Part shown: positions 34,113-46,487 of the stretch, in pieces
How the letters are laid out: each line of letters starts with the position of its first letter
How positions within the stretch are numbered: the stretch's first letter is position 1
From: Torpedo marmorata
Lineage: Eukaryota
Direction of reading: 5' to 3'
Length of the DNA stretch: 64,000 nt
Assembly: GCA_977017645.1 (NCBI GenBank)
Contig: OZ360232.1
Span: 37,758,001 to 37,822,000, forward strand
The notes under the pieces: model-generated
What the model was told of the DNA's origin: nothing
The model's input: only the letters and a program-made list of their open reading frames with translations
The model's database searches: none
Position numbers and translations under genes: made by a program

Positions 34113-35714
34113 CGGTAAATCATATACGTAATATCGATAAATGACTCAATTATCGTTGTTATTTTACCATTTTCTCGGATTTGAATCAATGCACGTTAAC
34201 TATTTAAGAATATATTTCCTTCGACATGTCTTGTTCTTGTTTACGCAAAGGGTCAGGCTTAGTAGCGGTAATGGCAAAACAACAGTTAATAGTATCATCG
34301 CCTCAAATTTGAACCTGCTCACTCTGTTGTACAATGTTTCACGTATTACCGAACTGTTTATTTCTCGGTCAACTATTCAAAAGTTGTTGGCATATGCGTA
34401 ATTAATTAAACTTGTTGAATTAACATATATATTACGATCAAGTAATTTGTCACCGCACACAAAACATTTCTCATGCCGTATTGAGACTACATGGTCATCA
34501 GCGTTAGTCTCAGCATGGTGTCTGCTTCTAGGTGCACTCGAAAATATTTATCAAAATCTTAATCTGGCAGAATACTTCATTTCTATTTTGAACCCAAGTA
34601 TGAAGATGGGGCTATGGAATTCATTATGTTACTTAGTTTTAAAAGCGACTGGAAAAGTCATGTATTTCGAAGTTTACTTTAAACATCAGACGCAGAAGTA
34701 AGGCCATTCCGCGAGTAAACCCATGTATTTGATTATAATCAACCGGTTTATATTTGTGGTCATGTCTGCTTCCTCGACTGTTTATAAGTCGACACAAAAT
34801 TATTTCGATTGCAAGTACATCTGAAATTATTGCAAGTTGGTGTGATAAGAAAGCGGCCAACACTGGCAATGGTGTCTATTGACGTAAAATATAATATAAA
34901 AATAATCAAATGCATACTCACCATAATGATATTTAGCCCCGAGAAAACATTCCGACTTTCAACCTTTTCACCTGAGATACGGTACCCATGAAATAACCTG
35001 CATAATCATCATTCTGGATGCAACACAACTTGACCATCTGAACATCAGGGTTCTTGCAATACGCTGGCTAGTGTTGGATTGGTGTTTCTCTGTCATGGTT
35101 TTACCATTTTAGGCGAGCCTTTGGTATTTCTGTTGATTTCCTCCAAAGCATTATTAATGCTACGATGCCATTATTTTGGGCGATAATGGGGTTAAACATA
35201 AGTGAGGTTGTTCGAAATTGTCGGCTGTTGAAGATGTAGTGATTTTAACATAGAAATGAGAGAAGTGGGAATTAGAATTAATTGCACGGAAGTACGTTTG
35301 AATTGACGTGCAATATCAGGCAGGGTACTTGTTAAACAACTTTCGCACATTTATAACGCAGATAGGAGGAATACAGAGGTTATTAATCTAAATGGCCATG
35401 CTTCAGATTTAGGCCGCAGTGACCGATTAGCAAATTTGTCTTTTTAAAACTCAAATTAATATTTCTTTTAGTGGAATATCTCCCAATTGGTCCATATAAT
35501 TCATTCATATCAACGTAATTTCGTTTCTGGTGTCATTGTTATTGCACACGAATTGGGTTCTGTCTCTTTAAGCAGACTTCAGTTATCATTACAGTTGTGG
35601 TCCAAAAGTGGCATTGCAGGGCTAAATGTAAAGTTTTAGTCAGAATTAGTGCTCTTGACCACCCACTCGTATTTGGTTAATTATAGCAGGAAATGGCTTT
35701 AGCAAATCCAAGCC

Positions 35715-35820
35715 AAGCAGGGCCCATGCCCGAAACGTTGATTAACGTTTACTTCCTATGAATTCTGCGTGATCTGCTGAGTTATTTCAGCACATTAGCA
35801 TATTGCACGTAACCCCAGTA
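35715..35820 (+). mobile_element. old Penelope pLTR remnant (paralogous copies ~44095-44200 and ~59390-59490)
   Basis: gcccgaaacgttga...gatctgctgagttatttcagca. Confidence 0.55.
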
Positions 35821-36741
35821 TCTGAAGAACTTATTTTTTAACACCTTCTTCATCATTCTAATGGAACTGTGATCACGCAATGAAGTTGGCAGCTGCAACA
35901 ATAGAAAACCTTTTGTGCGCAATGGAAGAAACAATTGTCTGAACACGTCATAAGAACGCGGGACGGCGGACTCAACATCATGATGCGAAGTGTGGTTCAG
36001 GTGTGCAGAAAGAAGAAAGGTCACAAAGAGCTGCCGAATTGCGTATCTGCAGACATGTATTGAAGTAATGGATGCATTGTCGATTTTTTCAGTCGCCATC
36101 ATTATGTAATAATATCAACACACGCTTTGTTATACAGCTTTGACTTGCGTCCAGATAAATTATTTCCTATGCCCTGTTTGAATGCAAAGACCATGTGCTA
36201 CTTCCTAATACACCCAGAGTTCACATATTAATTTTTAAGCAAACTTGTGTTTAATGTCTGTTTCTGACATTGCACCGCCAAAGTAAAAGCTAGAGTCCCT
36301 CTTTCTTCGCAGGTGTTCGTTGAAGGGCAGCCCTCGCACCTTGTAGCAAAAGAAACGTACAATTGATGTCGGAAGTAGTGGAGTCCGAACGACAGGAAGG
36401 CAAGGCCAGGAAGAACTACTTGAACTGTGAACTCTATGGATAGCTCAGCGATGCTGATGAGTCTACGCGAAGCCCAATGGAAGACAGATTAATTGGTGAC
36501 TACGTCTTTTTGCTTACTCGCACTTCAATAGATTTAAGTTCGTTGTGAATGAGGAGAATGTGTTCAGACTGAAGACATGGATAAAGCCAGCTCAATAATT
36601 GGCACTGTCCTCTTCTACCAAGTGGGATGACTGAGAATTTGCAAAATGAGTATTTACTGGAAAGTCTTTTATCGTAACAATTCTGAAAATTCATTTTTCG
36701 AATCCTAAATTTTAAAATTGTAGAGAACATCATTGGGGTAA

Positions 36742-36860
36742 AGTAAAACACAAAGCTGGAGAAACGTAGCAGGTCAAGCAGTGTCCTTTATATAGCAAAG
36801 GCAAAAATACATAACCGACGTTTCGGGCCTGAGCCCTTCATCAAAGTATGGGAAAATGTG
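36742..36860 (-). mobile_element. solo Penelope pLTR fragment with hammerhead-like core (36817-36844); duplicate at ~46531-46650
   Basis: Homologous to 6305-6420; absent at the paralogous site ~60420; short ggtaaa duplication at the ends. Confidence 0.75.
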
Positions 36861-37049
36861 TAAATGGTAAATCACATTGGACTTGTGTAAAGCAACAAGC
36901 CTTCGATAAAATTGATTCGTGAAACGGATCAAATTTACTGACGGTCGTGCCCCAGGTAGCAAATCGAATTGTATTATTACAAATATTATTTCAACTGAAG
37001 TGGGTTTTAGTGCACCCCATCAAACGCTCAGCGCAATTGAGCTCAATTC

Positions 37050-37770
37050 ATAGAGCCATAGAATTGGACAGCATGGAAACAGGTCCTTCAGTTCAACGTC
37101 CTTGCCGACCACGCTTGTCCCATTTACTTGAGCTCCACTCATGGCTTCCAAACCTTTCGTATTCAGGTACATCCAAAAAGCCTTTTGAATGTAACAATTG
37201 TCTCCGCTGTACCATTTCCTTTGGCCGCTAGTTCCAGTATCCACAACCCTCCATGTGAAGAAGGTGCCTTCGGGCCCCTTTTAATTTGTTTCCCCTCTCA
37301 ACTTAAGTCTTTATCCTCTCATTTAGGATTCACTTACACTGCCAAAAAGGCTCTGATTATGTACTTAATCACTGCTATCTTTATTTTATAAACCTCTATA
37401 TCGACCACTTTGGCCTCGTTTACCCCAGAGAGAAAAGTTCCAGCCTTTCGGGAATCTCCATATAATTCAAGCCTATCTGTCTAGGCAACATTCTCTTGAA
37501 TCTTTTCTGCAGCCTTTCCAGCTTAACAATATATTTTCTATTTCTGGGTGACCAGATTTGCACATAATACTCCACGTGCGGTCTCACTAACATCACGTAC
37601 AATTCTAACATGACGTCGTTGCTCCTGTATTCAATGCCCTGACAGACAAAGGCAAGGGCGCCAAGTGTTTTTCACCACTCTGTGTACCTCCGGCGCCAAT
37701 TTCATGGAACGATGTACGTATACCCCCATGTCTCTTTGTTATACAACACTCTCCAGTGCAGAACATGGAA
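37050..37770 (-). mobile_element. old CR1 3' fragment (paralogous copies ~46840-47540 and ~60605-61310)
   Basis: Minus ORF LVRPHVEYYVQIWSP...LERLQKRF. Confidence 0.75.
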
Positions 37771-38159
37771 TCAACACTTGTGAATTGAAAATGAGAATAT
37801 TTCAGCAAACTTCAATCACACAATGCATGAACATGAATGGCAACTTGACCTCTGAAGCCGCGATGCGTTATATTTTGGACCTATTGCTGCTTTTGGTGGA
37901 ATTCCTCTGAATGCCGTATGATGGTGCAACAGTTAATGCTGTTGTCCCACAGATTCAGGGACGTCGGTTCGAACCTGACTTTGGCGCAGCATTCGTGGAA
38001 ATTACACAGTGTCTCCTTGAACCTTCCCTGCACTTCATCTTGGTTCCCCTTCTATTCCACATGACTCCCAAAGATAGATGTTGGAAAATAAATTGATTGT
38101 TCGATTTATCTAAGACTGTTTTATCGGCATGCAACAAATTTAATATTTGCGAGGACAGT

Positions 38160-38296
38160 TTAGATTTATGAACTGTCGATCTCCTTGTTGAAGAGAACTA
38201 ATTGTGTCGCTATGTACCAACGAGAATCGGAAAAGCGGTGATGGATCCATTGGTCCTCTTCCTTTGCAGCAAAAATATCAGACACGACGATAAAGA
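38160..38296 (+). promoter_or_regulatory. orphan Pcdh-type promoter A (CGCT 38208-38211), no exon downstream
   Basis: ttgttgaagagaactaattgtgtCGCTatgtaccaacgagaat...atggatccattggtcctcttcc aligns to the true promoters. Confidence 0.7.
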
Positions 38297-38297
38297 T

Positions 38298-38558
38298 ATT
38301 TTTTTTAAAATTTCGACATGCAGCAGGGTAACAGCTCATTTCGGCCCACGAGTCCGTGCCGCCGATTTTACAAACAATTAACGTACACCCCCGGTACGTT
38401 TCTAACAGTGGGAGGAAACCGGAGCCCCGGGGAAAAACCCACGCAGACACGGGGAAAACGCACAAACTTCTTGCAGGCAGCGCGGGATTCGAACCCCGGT
38501 TCCGATCACTGACGCTGTGAAGGCGTTGCGCTAACCGCTACGCTAACCGTGCCGCCCC
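38298..38558 (-). mobile_element. V-SINE (duplicate at 48061-48320)
   Basis: B box and V-domain on minus strand; absent from the paralogous site ~62890. Confidence 0.85.
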
Positions 38559-39563
38559 ATTACGCGTTCAGATTGTGAAGTCAAGGTGAGAAGAATAGAA
38601 GTCGAGATTTCATGTTTTCAAGATGTCAATACTTTGTGGCATGTATTTTGTAATGACAACTTTTCATTTTTTAGCAATTAATGATTTGCTCTCACTAGCC
38701 CCGACGCGCTCACCGCAGTCATCATGGACTAAACGTACTACTTCCTTGACGTTAAAATATCCCGAAATGCCAAGGAAAACCATCCAATGCAGAGACAATA
38801 AGATGGGCAATCAAAGATATTGTTGCGCCAAGATACAAAACAATATTTAACTAAAATGTTAAAGACGAAAAGAATATATGATCTCAATGCAGCAAACAAT
38901 CTAAATGCAAAAACGCAGCTAATACCAGGTATGCTGAATCTGCAAATCTGTATGCTTTATAATTGAATAAAAGAGTATCATCGCAGTTCCAACACAATCG
39001 AAAATTAATCCAGCACGTTCAGAACCTCATAAATGTCCCTAAATCAATGTAATTCGGTCAAAACCTCGCTGTAAATTTATAAACCCCAGCTTCCTTCATA
39101 TTTCCTATACCTTCTGCACATGACCTCAGAAAGATAAACGCTTTCAGACAATTTCTATTTACTGATTTTTATCTAATTTGATTGATATTCATCCTGATCA
39201 TAATCCTGAAGTTGGCTTTTGTTTACTTGTGACAAAAGTCAATTTGTAGCCATTACAGCCATTTGGTCATTGAATAGAACGTGATGAAAGACGGTCAAAA
39301 CTTTAGACTGTTGTGCCCAATGTTACTCAAGAACGACCTTTCCCTCTATTGACACCCGCAAGTGATAGGCTGTGCACCCTGTCCATCTCTTCTATTAAAT
39401 AATGCTTTACTTGTGGGTAAAATGCACCGAGGTGGATCTCACCTCAAGACGTTCATCTGCCTGATTGCTGATGATTCCCGATTTTCAAAAGGAAATTCAT
39501 ATTTGAGTCGTTCAGGACGATGCTTTTAAATTATAGACTACAAAATATTCATAAGGACAGTCG

Positions 39564-39662
39564 AGCTTTAAGAAATGTTGATGTAGTTGTTGAAAAGAAC
39601 TGGGTGTGTCGCTGTGCACCAACAAGAATCAAAAAGGCAGAGATGGATCCAATGCCCGCCCC
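39564..39662 (+). promoter_or_regulatory. Pcdh promoter of pseudogene 5 (CGCT 39610-39613; CCAAT changed to CCAAC)
   Basis: Near-identical to promoter 6. Confidence 0.8.
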
Positions 39663-39861
39663 ATTCGCAACAAAAAGATCAGATTTGAGAAGAAACGGGA
39701 ATAATGCGCAGTTTGACCGTGGAGTCCAGTTGAAAAAGATAAAAGTCATACATTTATCCATTCAGAATGTAAGAATATTGCTGCAATATTCTCGAAGGAG
39801 GCCATTTCTCCGGATTTAATCATGCATTGGGTAGTTTCGGAATAGGATTCATTGCAGAACA

Positions 39862-42483
39862 ATGGCAAATACGGCGATAAGCAACGCCGCTGCTTTCAAA
39901 ACCTTTGCTGTCCTGATTCTGGTATGTACAAAGCATTCGACCATAAAATGTACAGAAGCAGCTTGAGAGAAAACGCGCCACTTGGTACCTTGGTGGTGAC
40001 GGTCAAAGCTAATGACTTGGACGAAGGTCTGAATGCTGATCTAAAATATTCCTTCAGAAAATTAACTTCACCAAAATTGCGTAAAATGTTCAGTTGTGAC
40101 CCCTACAGTGGAGAAATCCGAACCAATGGAGAGCTAGATTTGAAAAAAACAAACATCTATTCACTCCACCTTCAAGCTGTGGACCACGGATCACCTGCAA
40201 CAACAGGACACAGCAACGTTTTTGTCAAGATAATCGACGTTAATGATAACGCACCCGAGTTCAAAGTGACGTCGTCCAGGTGCAAAATTATTGAAACCGC
40301 TTCGCCCGGAACTTTAATAACATTGGTCACAGTTGTCGACCGTGAAACTGGAGAAAACGGGCAGATATACTGCGAGGTGTCAGGGGAAATCCCCTTTAAA
40401 CTTCCAACATCATCAAGCAATCATTATGAGCTGATTACGAGTTAAGAATTGGACAGGGAAACTGTCCCCGAGTATGACGTAGTTCTTGTGGCCTGGGATT
40501 TGGGGTCTCCTTCACAGTCGACAAATAAAGCTATCCAGATTGTAATTATAGATGTAAATGATAACGCCCCTGTGTTTTCGGAGCCCTCCTACAACATATA
40601 TGTGACGGAGAACAATGCTCCGGGAACTTCTATCTTTGCAGTAACTGCCACTGATCCTGATATGGATCAGTAAAAAACACAAAAGCTGGAGAACTCAGCA
40701 GGTCAAACAGTGTCTTTTATGTAGCAAAGGTAGAAATACATAACCGACGTTTCGGGCTTGAGCCCTTCATCAAAGTATGAGAAAATGCCGGCAGGCGTCC
40801 GAACAAAGGAGTGAGGGGGGAAGGGGGGTGGCAAAGGCAGGAGATGATAAGTGGAGAAAGGAGGGATGGGACGGCAGCAAAGAGGGGGAGGAGGGATGGC
40901 TGGGTGGGTGGAAAAAACAGGAAGGACAGGTGAGGGGGAGGGGAAGGGAACAACAAGCAGGTTTAGTGGAAAGCAGAAAAGTCAATGTTAATGCCATCTG
41001 GCTGGAGAGTGCCGAGACGGAATATGAGATGTTGTTCCTCCAATTTGTGGGTAGTCTGGGTGGGATAGTACATGAGGCCATGGACAGACATGTGAGTGTG
41101 GGAGTGTGACCCAGAATTGAAATGGTTGGCTACTGGGAGGTCGCTGTTGTTGCGGACGGACAGGAGGTGCTCAGCAAAGCGGTCTCCCAATCTACGACCG
41201 GTCTCTCCAATGTATAGAAAGCCACAAAGGGAGCACCGGATGCAGTAAATAAGTCCTCTAGATGTACAAGTGAAGTGTAGTTTCACTTGGAAGGCCTGTT
41301 TGGGGCCCTGGGACGTGGTGAGGGGGGAGGTGTGGGCGCAGGTGTTGCACCTCCGGGGGTGCGGTGGGAGGGGAGGGACGAGTGCACGAGTGAATCGCGG
41401 AGGGAGCGGTCCCTACGGAAGGCCGAGAGGGAAGGAGAAGGAAAAATGTGTCTGGTGGTGGGATCCTGCAGCAAGTGCCGGAAATTCCGGCGGATAATGT
41501 GTTGACGGTGTCTACAGATTTTCGTGTTTACTTCTGATATGGATCAGAATTCCTATGTTTCATTCTCCCTCTTTTTGTATCGTATCCAAGACACGCGAAT
41601 ATCCAGTTACCTCAGCATTATTAACGCAAAGAACAGCACCATTTACGCGCTGCGCTCTTTTGACTACGAAAAACTCAAACACTTCCAGATCCATGTCCAA
41701 GCCCGAGACGCTGGAGTGCCCCCATTGAGCAGCAGCGCTGCACTGAATGTGATCTTCTTGGATCAAAATGACAACGTGCCTGTAATGGTTTCCCCTTCAG
41801 CGCGGAGTGAATCAGCATCTGCACAGAACCTGCCCCAGTCAGTGGACCAAGGCTACTTTTTCACCAAGATAATAGCAACTGATGCAGATTTTGGTCAGAA
41901 CGCGCAGCTGTTTTATCAGGTTCACCGATCAACTGATCCCACCTTGTTCAAAATTGGGCAAAACTCCAGTGAGATCAGAACTGCGCGCAAAATGTTCGAG
42001 TCCGACACTTCCAAACAAAGTCTCGTCATCGTGGCGACAGACAACGGGCAGCCACGACTTTCCAGCACCGTTTCAATTCACATTTAATTTATGGAGAACA
42101 TCACTGAAAGAATCACGGAAGGGAATAACTTCTTGTCGAATCCCAAATATTACTCTGCTCTTCATCTTTATTTAATCGTCGTTTTCGGTTGCACTTCTGT
42201 TCTGTTTCTCGTGACCATCATTCTGTTGATTGGAATCAAATGTAAACAAGAGGGAACTGTTACCCAAAACTATAATCCTTCCAGTTGTTGCTGCAGGCTT
42301 AGAGGTTCCACCGATGCGCTGAATCGGAGCCATGGAACGGAGGAAACATGACGCTATCCTGGGACCGGCCGGATAGTACGAGTGCCAGAAGCGCACCATC
42401 ACTCAATCTTTCTCTCCCCAAAATCAGCGAAAAGTGAGTTTCTCTTAATGAAGCCGTGCGGCAGGCCCTCCTCTCAGCCCTAA
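39862..42483 (+). pseudogene. clustered protocadherin pseudogene 5 (young, chimeric)
   Basis: ATG at 39862; frameshifting deletion of EC1-EC2 at ~39940; stops at 40443-40445, 42085-42087, 42349-42351; Penelope insertion in EC5. Confidence 0.93.
40671..41533 (-). mobile_element. Penelope-like element 3' part with 14-bp TSD, inserted in pseudogene 5
   Basis: GIY-YIG ORF 40963-41286; TSD ctgatatggatcag at 40657-40670 and 41534-41547; hammerhead-like core 40746-40773. Confidence 0.92.
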
Positions 42484-45080
42484 TGGCAAATCTTATCCGT
42501 AATATCGATAAATGACTCAATTATCGGTTGTTATTTTACCATTTTCTCGGATTTGAATCAATGCACGTTAACTATTTAAGAATATATTTCCTTCGTCATG
42601 TCTTGTTCTTGTTTACGCAAAGGGTAAGGCTTAGTATCGGTAATGGCAAAACAACAGTTAATGGTATCCTCGCCTCAAATTTGAACCTGCTCACTCTGTT
42701 GGACAATGTTTCACGTATTACCGAACTGTTTATTTCTCGTTCAACTATTCAAAAGTTGTTGGCATATGCGTAATTAATTAAACTTGTTCAATTAACATAT
42801 ATATTTCGATCAAGGAATTTGTCACCGCACACAAAACATTCCTCATGCCGAATTGAGACTACATGGTCATCAGCGTTAGTCTGAGCATGGTATCTGCTTC
42901 GAGGTGCACTCGAAAATATTTATCAAAATCTTCATCTGGCAGAATACTTCATTTCTATTTTGAACCCAAGCATGGAGATGGGGCTATGGAGTTCATTTGT
43001 TACTTAGTTTTAAAAGCGACTGGAACAGTCATGACTTTCGAAGTTTACTTTAAACATCACACGCAGAAGTAAGGCCATTCCGCGAGTATACCCATGTATT
43101 TTATTATAATTACCCGGTTTATATTTGTGGTCATCTCTGCTTCCTCGACTGTTTATAAGTCGACACAAAATTATTTCGATTGAAATTACATCTGAAATTA
43201 TTGCAAGTTGATGTGATAAGAAAGCGGCCAACACTGGCAATGGTGTCTATTGACGTAAAATATAATATAAAATAATCAAATGCATACTCACCATAATGAG
43301 GTTTAGCCGCGAGAAAACATTCCGACTTTCAACCTTTTAACCTGAGATACGGTACCCATGAAATAACCTGCATAATCATCATTCTGGATGCAACACAACT
43401 TAACCATCTCAACATCAGGGGTCTTGCAATACGCTGGCTTGGGTTGGATTGGTGTTTCTCTGTCCTGGTATTACCATTTTACGCGAGCCTCTGGTATTTC
43501 TGTTGGTTTCCTCCAAGACATTATTAATGCTACGACGCCATTATTTTGGGCGCTAATGGGGTTAAATATAAATGAGGTTGTTCGAAATTGTCGGCTGTTG
43601 AAGATGTAGTTATTTTAACATAGAAATGAGAGAAGTGGGAATTAGAATTAATTGCACGGAAGTACGTTTGAATTGACGTGGAATATCAGGCAGGGTACTT
43701 GTTAAACAACTTTCCCACATATATAAAGCAGATATGATGAATTCAGAGGTTTGTAATCTAAATGGCCATGCTTCAGATTTATGTCGCAGTGACCGATTAG
43801 CAAATTTGTCTTTTTAAAACTCAAATTAATATTTCTTTTAGTGGAATATCTCCCAATTGGTCCATATAATTCATTCATATCAACGTATTTTCGTTTCTGG
43901 TGTCATTATTATTGCACACGAATTGGGTTCTGCCTCTTTAAGCAGACTTCAGTTATCATTGCAGTTATGGTCCAAAAGTGGCATTGCAGGGCTAAATATA
44001 AATTTTAAGTCAGAATTAGTGCTCTTGACCACCGACTAGTATTTGATTAATTATAGCAGGAAATAGCTTTAGCAAATCCTCCAATCCTCCATGTGTCAAG
44101 CAGGGCCCATGCCCGAAACGTTGATTAACGTTTACGTCCTATGAATGCTGCGTGATCTGCTGAGTTACTTCAGCACATTAGCATATTGCACGTAACCCCA
44201 GTATCTGGAGAACTTAATTTTTAACACCTTCTTTATCATTCTAATGGAACTGTGATCACCCAATGAGGTTGGCAGCTGCAACAATTGAAAACCTTTTGTG
44301 CGCAATGGAAGAAACAATAGTCTGAACACGTCATAAGAACGCGGGACGGCGGACTCAACAGCATGATGCGAAGTGTGGTTCAGGTGTGCAGAAAGAAGAA
44401 AGGTCACAAAGAGCTGCCGAATCGCGTATCTGCAGACATGTATTGAAGTAATGGATGCATTGTCGATTTTTTCAGTAGCCGTCATTATGTAATAATATCA
44501 ACACACGCTTTGTTATACAGCTTTGACTTGCGTCCAGATAAATTATTTCCTATGCCCTGTTTGAATGCAAAGACCATGTGCTACTTCCTAATACACCCAG
44601 AGTTCACATATTAATTTTTTAAGCAAACTTGTGTTTAATGTCTATTTCTGACATTGCACCGCCAAAGTAAAAGCTAGAGTCCCTCTTTCTTCGCAGGTGT
44701 TCGTTGAAGGGCAGCCCTCGCACCTTGTAGCAAAAAAACGTACGTCAATTGATGTCGGAAGTAGTGGAGTCCGAACAACAGGAAGGCAAGGCCAGGAAGA
44801 ACCACTTGAGCTGTGAACTCTATGGATAGCTCAGCGATGCTGATGAGTCTACGCGAAGCCCAATGGAAGACAGATTAATTGGTCACTACGTCTTTTTGCT
44901 TACTCGCACTTCAATAGATTTAAGTTCGTTGTGAATGAGGAGAATGTGTTCAGACTGAAGACGTGGATAAAGCGAGCTCAATAATTGGCACTGTCCTCTT
45001 CTACCAAGTGGGATGACTGAGAATTTGCAAAATGAGTATTTACTGAAAAGTCTTTTATCGTAACAATTCTGACAATTTCA

Positions 45081-46487
45081 ACCTCTCATTGCGGCAGTCA
45101 GAGGTTCTCACCTGCTTCAAAAGGGCATCAATCATCCCGGTACCCAAGAAGAGTAGTGTGAGCTGCCTCAACGACTACCGCCCAGTAGCACTAACTTCTA
45201 CTGTGATGAAATGCTTTGAGAGGCTGGTCATGGCCAGAATTAACACATACCTAAGCAAAGATCTGGACCCACTGCAATTCGCATATCGCCACAACCGCTC
45301 CACAGCAGATGCAATATCGCTGGCTCTGCACTCAGCTCTCGATCACCTCGAAAACAGCAATTCATACATACGGTTGCTCTTCATCGACTACAGCTCGGCC
45401 TTCAATACCATTATTCCCTCAGTGCTGGTCAAGAATCTACAAACTCTAGGCCTCTGTACCCCACTCTGCAACTTGATCCTTGACTTTCTCATCGGAAGAC
45501 CACAGTCAGTACGAATTGGAAACAACGTCTCCTCCTCACTGATTATCAACACAGGCGCACCCCAAGGATGCGTGCTTAGTCCACTGCTCTACTCGTTATA
45601 CAGTCATGACTGTGTGTCCAGGCACAATTCCAATGCCATATACAAGTTTGCCGATGACACCACAGTTATCGGCAGAATCACAAACGGCAATGAGGAAGCG
45701 TACAGGAGGGAGATAGATCAGCTCGTTGAATGGTGTAATGACAACAACCTTGAGCTCAACATCAGCAAAACCAAGGAGATGATTGTGGACTTCCGGAGGA
45801 AGTCAGGGGAACACGACCCAGTCCTCATCGAGGGCTCAGTCGTGGAGAGGGTCAAGAAACTCAAATTCCTGGGTGTCAACATCTCCGAGGATCTGTCCTG
45901 GAGCATCCACGTGGATGCAATCACAAAGAAGGCTCGTCAGCGGCTATACTTTGTGAGGTGTTTGCGGAGATTCGGTATGTCACCAAAGATTCTCGTAAAC
46001 TTCTATAGGTGTACATTGGAGAGCATTCTGGCTGGTTGCATCACTGCCTGGTATGGTGGCGCCAACTCCCAGGACAAGAGTAAACTCTAGAAGGTTGTTA
46101 ACTCGGCCTGTGACATCACAGGCACCAAACTTCACTCCATCGAGGACATCTACACGAGGCGGTGTCTTACAAAAGCAGCCTCTATCCTCAAGGACCCCCA
46201 CCACCCAGGCCATGCCCTCTTCACTCTGCTTCCATCGAGGAAAAGGTACAGGAGCCTAAAGACGAGCACTCAACGGCACAAGGACAGCTTCTTCCCCGCT
46301 GCCATCAGATTCCTGAATAGTCATTGAACCAAAGACACTGCCTTACTTTTCGTGCACTATTGTTTATAGTAATGTCGTTAGAATAGTTAATATGAATGTC
46401 AATTGCTCTATGATGCTGCCGCAGAACACCGAATTTCATGACTTGTTCATGACAATAAATTCTGATACTGATTCTGATTCTGATTCT
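45081..46487 (+). mobile_element. Rex1/Babar-like LINE, 5'-truncated
   Basis: 333-aa RT ORF 45089-46090 ([16 protein letters not shown]); (ATTCTG)n tail; absent at paralogous sites ~36690 and ~60370. Confidence 0.9.

Larger units (their letters stand above)
33800..42200 (+). repeat. recent tandem segmental duplication, copy 1 (copy 2 is ~42200-56800); older paralogy continues to 57091-63331
   Basis: 34113-38598 is collinear and near-identical with 42484-48360; 39235-42200 with 54075-56800 (apart from indels and TEs). Confidence 0.85.

Noticed and set aside
34113-34120. GGTAAAT just after the stop of genes 4 and 6 as a splice donor to constant exons
   Set aside because: Lies after the stop codon, is the retained ancestral TAA context, and is absent from genes 1 and 2
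34141-38850. Repeated short ORFs in the three flanks (e.g. 34141/42528/57135, 35782/44165, 37911/47674/61452)
   Set aside because: Explained by segmental duplication; frames are not preserved and there are no recognisable domains
42431-42440. Consensus donor GTGAGT in the tail of pseudogene 5
   Set aside because: Private substitution in a dead copy; intact genes read GTGATT
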